Shown piece after piece: positions 39,648 through 47,221 of a stretch of 64,000 nucleotides of DNA. This DNA is from an uncultured delta proteobacterium. Its GTDB lineage: Bacteria; Bdellovibrionota; FAC87; UBA2466. Under the pieces are notes generated by a model. That model saw nothing but the letters and a program-made list of their open reading frames with translations, did not search any database and had not been told where the DNA came from. A program made the position numbers and the translations under genes. The first letter of the stretch is position 1. Each line of letters opens with the position of its first letter. Location: contig CAVZSV010000004.1 in assembly GCA_963778115.1 (NCBI GenBank), positions 1,440,001 to 1,504,000 of the forward strand. The letters are read 5' to 3'.

Positions 39648-40900
39648 TGATCTCTATCGTTATTCTTCTCTCTCTGCTTCCTTTCTTTTTCGCTATGGAA
39701 GCTTTTTTCTCGGGTGCGGAAGTCGCATTCCTTTCCACCAATCGCCCCAGACTTTATCGAAAGGCCAAAGAGAAAAATCCAAAAGCGGTGCTCGCCAAGA
39801 ACTTACTCTCTCAACCTGAATTGCTGTTCTCGACGACCGTCGTGGGTACCACGATTGCGATGAATTGTTCCACCACACTGGCCACCTTGTTCATTATCCG
39901 TCGTTTCGGATACAACCACGAATGGTGGAACTTGGTCTTTCTCACTCCTCTGATTTTGGTCTTCGCTGAATTTATCCCAAAAATGGTAGGCCGGGTTCAT
40001 GCCGACACTCTGGTACTAAGAATGGGCGGGCCCCTTAAAGTAATGAGTTTAGTCCTAAGTCCGCTGACAAAACTGTTTAGTCTCTATGCCCAATTGCTAA
40101 AGCACTTATTGGGAGAGAGTCCGGAGAAGGGCTTCTTCTTGTCCCGCGAGGAGATCAAGGCGGCGCTTCCGGCCAGTCGCGGCGGTGATGTCACCCCGGC
40201 TGAGAGAATTCTCATTGAACGCATTCTTGAATTCGGAAAAATCACCGCCAAAGAAATGTTGCGCCCCCTTATCGATGTAGTCGCTATCGAACAGGATCAG
40301 ACGCTCCGCGACGCAGTCCAGCTCTTTACGGAATCCGGCCATTCTAGGATTCCGGTCTATCAAGAGAGGATCGATAGAATTGTCGGAGTTTTACAAGCTT
40401 TCCATTGTCTGCAAGCGAGCGACCTTACCGCACCCGTCAGTACTTTGATGCAGCCGGCCTTTTTTATTCCCGAAAGTAAACCGTTGGATGAATTGCTCAT
40501 GGAACTCAAAACTCGTCCCATGGCGATTCCGGTAAACGAATATGGGGGCGCTGAAGGCATCATCACCATGGAAGACGTGATGGAAGAGATCGTGGGTGAG
40601 ATCGAAGACGAATACGACGAGCCGCCTAAGATGTACTATCGCATTGGGGAAAACTCTTACATCGTAAATGCTCGAATGGAAGTCGATGCGCTGCGAGAAA
40701 TGCTCAAGATTCAGATCCCTTACGATGATGATTATCAAACGCTTGCGGGATTCTTGCTAAAACGAATGCAAAAGATCCCAAAGAAATGGGATTCCACTAT
40801 TATCGATAACGTGGAATACGTCGTGCAGTCGGCAACCGATCGCTCGATTGAAGAGGTGTACGTGATCGTACACGATCCTCAAACGCCGTCGTCGTTTTAG
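39644..40900 (+). CDS. CNNM/DUF21-CBS-CorC family membrane protein
   Basis: FSGAEVA, EFIPK, HSRIPVY, EDVMEEIVGEIEDEYD, YQTLAG. Confidence 0.92.
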   Translation: MMISIVILLSLLPFFFAMEAFFSGAEVAFLSTNRPRLYRKAKEKNPKAVLAKNLLSQPELLFSTTVVGTTIAMNCSTTLATLFIIRRFGYNHEWWNLVFLTPLILVFAEFIPKMVGRVHADTLVLRMGGPLKVMSLVLSPLTKLFSLYAQLLKHLLGESPEKGFFLSREEIKAALPASRGGDVTPAERILIERILEFGKITAKEMLRPLIDVVAIEQDQTLRDAVQLFTESGHSRIPVYQERIDRIVGVLQAFHCLQASDLTAPVSTLMQPAFFIPESKPLDELLMELKTRPMAIPVNEYGGAEGIITMEDVMEEIVGEIEDEYDEPPKMYYRIGENSYIVNARMEVDALREMLKIQIPYDDDYQTLAGFLLKRMQKIPKKWDSTIIDNVEYVVQSATDRSIEEVYVIVHDPQTPSSF

Positions 40901-41013
40901 TCAGCGATGATAAGCTTTAGCTAAGGACCAGTTAGGTTCACAATTTAGCCAATAGCCCGCCCTCGGCGAAAGCCGCGGGAAACGATACCGATCAAGTCGA
41001 CCGCTTGAGCCGT

Positions 41014-41475
41014 CTACCAATCGAAATTCAGCTCTTCGTCATACTCTTCGAAGCGATCAAGATTGAAACCCTTGTCGTCTCCCCCTGTTTTCAGGCGGAT
41101 TCCGGTGTCGTACTCGATTCCCTCGTAGTCCGACTCCACGGCATACGTTTCTTCTTCTTGATTTCCGGGTGTGTAATCGGAAGCGGCCGCCTTAGGACGA
41201 CGACCCCGACGCCCCGCGGGACGGGCACCGAAGGCACTTCCCTTGCCTGCGGCTGCTTGTCCGTTGCGACGACGTTCTATCGTCTCCAGAAGCTTCTGAG
41301 ACACCTTCTTCTCAGCCCCTTGCGGCGCTACTTCTTTCGCGGCTGCTTTTACGGTCGGCTTTACGGGCGCTGTTGGCTCGGACTCCACCAACTTGATGCC
41401 CTTGGCCTCCGTCTTTACAACCTTGACTTTAGTCTTTGATTTCAATGCGTTACTAGATTTGCTCATCTTGGCCAT
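41014..41475 (-). CDS. Lys-rich protein with AT-hook-like motif and acidic tail
   Basis: GGGGGG SD; RPAGRRGRRPK; C-terminal EEYDEELNFDW. Confidence 0.7.
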   Translation of the reverse strand: MAKMSKSSNALKSKTKVKVVKTEAKGIKLVESEPTAPVKPTVKAAAKEVAPQGAEKKVSQKLLETIERRRNGQAAAGKGSAFGARPAGRRGRRPKAAASDYTPGNQEEETYAVESDYEGIEYDTGIRLKTGGDDKGFNLDRFEEYDEELNFDW

Positions 41476-41766
41476 AAGTCCCCCCCAATGACCATCGACA
41501 GACATAAGTTAAGCGTTTTTTTGACTATGAATTAAATAAGTAAGACTGCTCTTAAAGGTATATTTTATGGATAAACTCTTTTTGGATCGTTTGCAATATT
41601 AAACTAGTCGAATTAAAGGAAATTACTTGGAGTGAGTTCTGTCATGTGTTATTCGGTGCAGAACTATTTTTAGACGATTCGATTGTTTCTCTTTTGTCAG
41701 TGCTTTCTTCGTCAGTTGACGAGTGAAAGATAAGGGGAGAGCAAAGAATCTACAAAGGAGGATGCA

Positions 41767-42063
41767 ATGGCTAAGAAGAAAAAGAGCCGCCGTCCAAGTG
41801 GAAAAAAATCTCCCAAGAAATCGGCAAAGAAAACCGCTAAACGGAAACCAGCGAAAAAGAAAACCGCTAGCCGTGGAAAAAAGAAAGCGGCGCGTAAACC
41901 AGCGAAGAAAAAAGCAGCAAAGCGTTCAGCCCCTAAGAGCGCTCCGAAAAAGGCAGCCCCGTCAAACGCGGGTCGAACTCTCGGAACCGCAGCAGCAGCT
42001 GGTCTCGGGGGAGCCGCACTTGGCTCTTTCGTGGCGGGTCGTAGCGGAGCAGGAGAAGAGTAA
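41767..42063 (+). CDS. Histone H1-like Lys/Ala-rich protein with C-terminal glycine zipper
   Basis: AAGGAGG SD; KPAKKK repeats; GTAAAAGLGGAALG. Confidence 0.8.
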   Translation: MAKKKKSRRPSGKKSPKKSAKKTAKRKPAKKKTASRGKKKAARKPAKKKAAKRSAPKSAPKKAAPSNAGRTLGTAAAAGLGGAALGSFVAGRSGAGEE

Positions 42064-42085
42064 GTTTTCCTTCCCTGTCCTCGGT

Positions 42086-43357
42086 CTAGGCTTCTAGACT
42101 GCGACGTATTGCATTAAGCAAATAACTCGAAGCACTCCATTGCGCATCCTCACGGGTGCGCACCGGAATTCTCATCTTCTCGGAAATCGAGACAGCTCCC
42201 TCTTTCACCGCATGTTCTCCCGGTAAGACATGAATGTAGAGCGTGCCCAAAGGGCTCTCCGGTGTTCCTCCGGTCGGTCCTACAAAGCCTGTGATCGCAG
42301 CGGCAATATCGGTATGACTTAGATGCAAAGCGGCACGCGCGAGCGCTTCGGAACAAGTTGCCGAGACCGCTTCGTCGGCGTTTTTTAGATTTACCCCCAA
42401 CATTTTTCCCTTCGCCTCCACGTCGTAACTCACATAGCCGCCCCAAACATAATCCGAAGCGCCCGCAACTCGAGTGAGTCTTTGAACCCCCAACCCCCCG
42501 GTACAAGACTCGACTAGGACGACTTTAAGTTGCCTTCGCCTAAGGCCGTCTCCCACTACTTGCTCGAGATCCTCGTTACCTTCGGTGTAGGTCCAAGGAG
42601 AAAGGATTTCACGGATCTTCTTCTGCCACTGGGCAAAGTCGCTTGTGGAATCACTCTCCCCTCGCTTCCAATAGAGAGTCAGATGGTTTTCGGGGGGGCG
42701 CGTCCGGTATCCTAACCACGCGTTGTTGGGCAATCCCGCTTCGATAGGATCCATGACTCGTTGTAATTCGGATTCCCAAATACCAAGACACCGCCAGACA
42801 TGAGACAAGATTTCACGCGAGCCCATCTCGGTGGCTAAGCGATTTTGGATCTTTGGCATCACGTGCTCAGTGAACATCGTTTTCATCTCGTAAGGAACGC
42901 CGGGCAGAAAAAATAGACAACAATTGTCTATTTCGCACTGAAAGCCGGGAGCCATTCCCTTTGAGTTGGGAAGAGCAGTCGCTCCTTCCGGAAACAAAAC
43001 CTGTTTCAACGATTGCGAGGTGACTTCACGGTTCCGCTCTGCGTAGTATTTGAGCATTCTCTCCTTGGAAGGAGCATGCTCTAAGAGTTTTCCACCCAAA
43101 AGACGCGAAACACACTCGGCGGTTTTGTCGTCAGAAGTAGGACCCAAGCCGCCGAAACAGACTACCATTCCCGCATGACGCGCTCGCTCGAGCAACGTCT
43201 CTCGCATCACTTCAAAATCGTCGGCAATCACCGTCTGCCGATCTAACCGTAATCCCCTTTTGAAAAGTTCATCCGCGACAAAGGCGGAATTGGTGTCTGC
43301 GGTCTTTCCGGTAAGAAGTTCATCACCAATCGCAACCGTTTCGATTTGTGTTTTCAT
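42086..43357 (-). CDS. cinA: Competence/damage-inducible protein CinA
   Basis: IGDELLTG, DTNS, GGLGPTSDD, LPGVP, ESCTGG. Confidence 0.93.
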   Translation of the reverse strand: MKTQIETVAIGDELLTGKTADTNSAFVADELFKRGLRLDRQTVIADDFEVMRETLLERARHAGMVVCFGGLGPTSDDKTAECVSRLLGGKLLEHAPSKERMLKYYAERNREVTSQSLKQVLFPEGATALPNSKGMAPGFQCEIDNCCLFFLPGVPYEMKTMFTEHVMPKIQNRLATEMGSREILSHVWRCLGIWESELQRVMDPIEAGLPNNAWLGYRTRPPENHLTLYWKRGESDSTSDFAQWQKKIREILSPWTYTEGNEDLEQVVGDGLRRRQLKVVLVESCTGGLGVQRLTRVAGASDYVWGGYVSYDVEAKGKMLGVNLKNADEAVSATCSEALARAALHLSHTDIAAAITGFVGPTGGTPESPLGTLYIHVLPGEHAVKEGAVSISEKMRIPVRTREDAQWSASSYLLNAIRRSLEA

Positions 43358-43425
43358 GGTAACAATTCGCCACTACATCGGTCGCTTGCCAAAAATAGTC
43401 TCCGTAGCCGCTGAGCAATTACTTT

Positions 43426-43863
43426 TCATTCGCCTTTGGGAAAACCCGGCTCTGACGAACGTTTGCGGACGATGACCTTTTTCTCAAGCCGCTTACGCTC
43501 CTCTTCACGGGCTTTAAGTTCTTCTTCGCGACGTTTTTCAGCTTCCACACGGAGCTCACCAATCTTAGTGATCCACCGAGGGAGATCTTCCACTTCGGCC
43601 ACTCGGAATCTCACCATCTCTTTGAGGCATGGTGTCGCGACTCTTAACTTCTTTCCCGAACGATTCTTGATCACCATGATTTCATCGGCATGGGAAGTAA
43701 GACAGAGTTCACAATGGTGCGGTTCGAAGTATACGTGGCCGCTTACACAGCTCACACTCGAGCCCGATTCTAAAAAGATGCCCATGATCTGAGCCATCTT
43801 TCTGCGAAGACGATCTTTTTCTAAAGGATCCACGACTCGGGCCTTTCTGTAGCTCGGAACCAA
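43426..43863 (-). CDS. Hypothetical protein, possible Zn-binding plus coiled coil
   Basis: CELC...H...C; E/K/R-rich helix; start uncertain. Confidence 0.6.
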   Translation of the reverse strand: MVPSYRKARVVDPLEKDRLRRKMAQIMGIFLESGSSVSCVSGHVYFEPHHCELCLTSHADEIMVIKNRSGKKLRVATPCLKEMVRFRVAEVEDLPRWITKIGELRVEAEKRREEELKAREEERKRLEKKVIVRKRSSEPGFPKGE

Positions 43864-43930
43864 ATGACGGTAACGCGACTAATATGATACATATCAAAGT
43901 TAATCTAATAAAATCAATACAGGGGCTTTA

Positions 43931-44587
43931 GTGGCTGCATCGACGTCCTCTTCAAGACTTAGGGTTTATCTAAAGAACGCAACCCTCTTTTTTCTCATTA
44001 TTGCTATTGCTTACGTACCCCAAATCCTTCCCATTCTTAAACCCCTGCGCGAGTTCTTTATTCGCCGAACGGGCTGGAACTGGAGCTTTCCGATTACCCT
44101 TTTCTTCGCCACGCTGGCGGGCAGCTTCCTGATTCAAGTAGATCGAGAAGAGGAAGCCAAGACCAAATTAAGAATCGCGGGGCTTCTTTTCGTCGTGGCC
44201 TATTTCATTCTGAGGCTGGGAATTCCCCACGGCAAACTAACCGAAGTTCGTATCATCGGAATCCCCTTCGTTTTTTTCTCGGCTTTTCTAGAGGAGTTTT
44301 TGTTTCGACGAGTCGGATTTGAGGCGCTGCGAAAGTTGGAAGAGAAGTTTTACCGAGATCCCAATTTAAGACGGCTGGGCCCCGTCAGTTTGCTTTATAC
44401 CTGTTTCTTGGCCGGGGTACTCCACGGTGTTGGGCCTATGTTCACAGGCCATGGCTTTGACTGGCTAGCCTATGCCTCCGAATTCGATGCCTCGGTGTTT
44501 TATTCCTTCCTTTACGTCCTCTCACGCTCGGTTTGGGTGCCTGGATTCGCCCATTTTTTGACAGGCCTCATCAAAATATTGTGGTAA
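43931..44587 (+). CDS. CPBP (CAAX/Abi) intramembrane metalloprotease
   Basis: EEFLFR, LAGVLH, AHF. Confidence 0.75.
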   Translation: MAASTSSSRLRVYLKNATLFFLIIAIAYVPQILPILKPLREFFIRRTGWNWSFPITLFFATLAGSFLIQVDREEEAKTKLRIAGLLFVVAYFILRLGIPHGKLTEVRIIGIPFVFFSAFLEEFLFRRVGFEALRKLEEKFYRDPNLRRLGPVSLLYTCFLAGVLHGVGPMFTGHGFDWLAYASEFDASVFYSFLYVLSRSVWVPGFAHFLTGLIKILW

Positions 44588-44598
44588 AAGGTGAGGCG

Positions 44599-47013
44599 AT
44601 GAAAATCATTCGCCAGCTAGTCCCTACCGTCGCTTTTTTAGTGCTTATTTTGTGCCCCCTTTCTTACGGGGCCGAGTTTGGTTCCGAGACGCTGGAAAAA
44701 ACGACATCTATTTCGAATGCCTATGAATCTCGAAGCCTCTTTACCAATCCCGCGGCATTGGGCTATCAAACCGAACTTAATGGAGCTCCCCTTCTTTCGT
44801 CTTTCACCTACGGTCTTAATCAAGGCACGGATAACGAATTTTCCACTTCATTAGCCTTGGGATACTTCGGCCTAGGAGCGGAACGCTTGGCCGATCCTAA
44901 CGGTAACGGAATGTTTACCCGTTACGATTTGGGCGTGGGAATTCCACTGACGACAAAGTGGTACTTTGGAACTCGCTATCGCTTCACCCGCTCCGACGCT
45001 TTAGCTCTCGATCACGTCAACTCATGGGATTTTGGTTTTCAATGGCGCCCTTCGGAAAAGATCTCGTTTGGTCTCATGGGTGTCGGGGTAAATACGCCGC
45101 AAGTTGCCGGAACCACTGTTCCCGCGCAACTGGTACTGGGAACCACAGTACGGCCTATTCCTAAGATCGAATTAAGCGCCGATGTGGGAACCTACTCCTC
45201 TTCCTTTGCCAAAGTGTTCTCTTATCAAGTGACGGCAAGTTATGAAGTGGCATCCGGACTTCAAGTGAGAGCTGCCTATCAAAGAGACGAAAAATTTCTC
45301 TTTGGCTTTCAACTCAATTTCGACAGAGCCTCTGTGTATTCGGTAGGGCAACCGGCGGCCAACCAGCAGAGTCTGATGGCGGGAATTCAACTTTCCACTA
45401 AACCCTACAAGAGTTTTTTGACCCCCGACTCGGCATTAAAGGTGGAGGTATCCGACAACCTTCATGAGACCTCGTCCCCGGGCGGACTTTTCAGAACCGA
45501 ACGTCCGTCCCTTTTGGGACTATTACGTAAACTAGAAAGAGCCAGAAGAGATCCCTCAATTAAACTAGTCGCCATTAAAATGCAGCAATTTCCCTTGGGC
45601 ATGGCCTCGGCTCAAGAGGTTCATCAAGCTATTCTAAGACTCAAAGAGAGTGGAAAACGTGTGGAAGTATTCTTGGGAAATGCCGGCATCAAAGAATACT
45701 TAATAGCGTGTGCCGCCACTAAAGTTTTTGTGGAACCTTCTGCCGAATTGCGTTTTCTTGGTCTTCGGTCCGAGCGTTATTACGTTAAAGGCACTCTCGA
45801 TAAATTGGGAGTCGAAGGTCAATTTTTAGCCAGAGGAAAATATAAATCGGCTCCCGAGATGTTCACCCGCACGGATAGCTCCGCTCCAAGCAAAGAGGAG
45901 ACGATGGAAGAGCTCGCTCAGGCCGAGACCATCATTTCAGACACCCTTTTCAAAACAAGACATATCTCGCGAACTCAATGGGAGACTTTGCTTAGGACCG
46001 CCCTTCTGGATGCCAATCAGGCGAAAACGGCGGGCTTGGTAGACGAGATTAATCACATGGACGTTGCTCTGAAATCGGAGCCTTTGGCTATTCGCGAAAC
46101 CTTAGAAATGACTTCCGACAAATTGGCACTTCCCCCTCGAATCGCCGTCATTGTAGCTTCAGGAGACATTTTACAGAAAAAGATTTCGGTCCTGTCGCTT
46201 GTCGGCGAACCCCAAATTACGCCAGACCGAATGCGACAGCACTTTCGGGAAGCTTTAGCAGACCCTAGAACGGAAGCTATCGTATTTCGCGTCTCCAGCC
46301 CCGGAGGAGAGGTCGTCGCCAGCGATGAAATCGCTTCCCTGGTAAGAGCCGCGGATAAGGAAGGAAAGCCTGTCATTGTGACAATGGGAGATGTCGCAGC
46401 GAGCGGCGGTTATCTGATTTCCGCTCCCGCGAGACAAATTTTTGCAGACCCCTTAACTATCACTGGCTCCATCGGTGTGTTCTTAGGCAAATTCAACTTA
46501 GGGGAATTGTATAAAAAGATCGACCTTCACAAAGAAATACTAACCCAGGCCCCGTTCGCAGGCCTGCTCACCGAAGACCGATCCTGGACGAAAGAGGAGC
46601 GTGAGATCTTAGCCAAACGGCTTAACCAATATTATGAAGGCTTTGTGAAATTCGTCGCTCAGGAACGCAAGCTTTCGCTGGACCATGTCGAGGATGTCGC
46701 CCAGGGAAGGGTCTGGTTAGGTTCGGAAGCATTCAAACAACATCTTACGGACGCCGAAGGCGGATACTACGAAGCGATTCAATATGCGGCTCGGCAAGTC
46801 GGGCGAACTCCCGAAGAGATCGAAACCCATATGATCCAAGATCCTCGTGGGCTTCTTGAATTCTTTAGTCCGGAAGATGTCTTTGGACGGGATCCTCTGA
46901 CGTCACTAGCGGGAGAAGTCTTTTCGCCCAACCTACTGGACGAAATCCGGTGGATGTCGAGGGTTAGGGAATCGCCTTTTTTATATTTATCGCCAGTAAG
47001 AAGTTTGGAGTAG
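44599..47013 (+). CDS. sppA: Signal peptide peptidase SppA with N-terminal putative outer-membrane beta-barrel
   Basis: NPAALG followed by amphipathic strands; GKYKSA, SSPGG, GDVAASGGY, TGSIGV, AQGRVWLG. Confidence 0.88.
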   Translation: MKIIRQLVPTVAFLVLILCPLSYGAEFGSETLEKTTSISNAYESRSLFTNPAALGYQTELNGAPLLSSFTYGLNQGTDNEFSTSLALGYFGLGAERLADPNGNGMFTRYDLGVGIPLTTKWYFGTRYRFTRSDALALDHVNSWDFGFQWRPSEKISFGLMGVGVNTPQVAGTTVPAQLVLGTTVRPIPKIELSADVGTYSSSFAKVFSYQVTASYEVASGLQVRAAYQRDEKFLFGFQLNFDRASVYSVGQPAANQQSLMAGIQLSTKPYKSFLTPDSALKVEVSDNLHETSSPGGLFRTERPSLLGLLRKLERARRDPSIKLVAIKMQQFPLGMASAQEVHQAILRLKESGKRVEVFLGNAGIKEYLIACAATKVFVEPSAELRFLGLRSERYYVKGTLDKLGVEGQFLARGKYKSAPEMFTRTDSSAPSKEETMEELAQAETIISDTLFKTRHISRTQWETLLRTALLDANQAKTAGLVDEINHMDVALKSEPLAIRETLEMTSDKLALPPRIAVIVASGDILQKKISVLSLVGEPQITPDRMRQHFREALADPRTEAIVFRVSSPGGEVVASDEIASLVRAADKEGKPVIVTMGDVAASGGYLISAPARQIFADPLTITGSIGVFLGKFNLGELYKKIDLHKEILTQAPFAGLLTEDRSWTKEEREILAKRLNQYYEGFVKFVAQERKLSLDHVEDVAQGRVWLGSEAFKQHLTDAEGGYYEAIQYAARQVGRTPEEIETHMIQDPRGLLEFFSPEDVFGRDPLTSLAGEVFSPNLLDEIRWMSRVRESPFLYLSPVRSLE

Positions 47014-47221
47014 CTTTCGTCCACGTCCCTGGGAATGGCCAACTCCATGTCCACGTCTACATTTGACATGGACTTAAACATGAACCTGAACCGCCCCCCT
47101 AGACGTGAACGTCGATCTTTACGATCGCCTCACCGCTTGACACACCGAGCCTAAACATGAAATGAAAGATCCATAGGGGAGACCAGTGTCCTAAACACTG
47201 GTCTGGTTATTTGGGGGGGGC

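Noticed and set aside
40955..41010. GAAA-tetraloop hairpin as a c-di-GMP riboswitch
   Set aside because: Lacks the remaining consensus and lies between convergent gene ends; more likely terminator structure
40981..41600. 5'/3' flank pairing for the AT-hook-like gene
   Set aside because: Only scattered 4-7 nt matches with non-wobble mismatches
41723..42097. 124-aa Arg/Gln-rich ORF
   Set aside because: Alternative frame of the H1-like gene, which has the strong AAGGAGG SD
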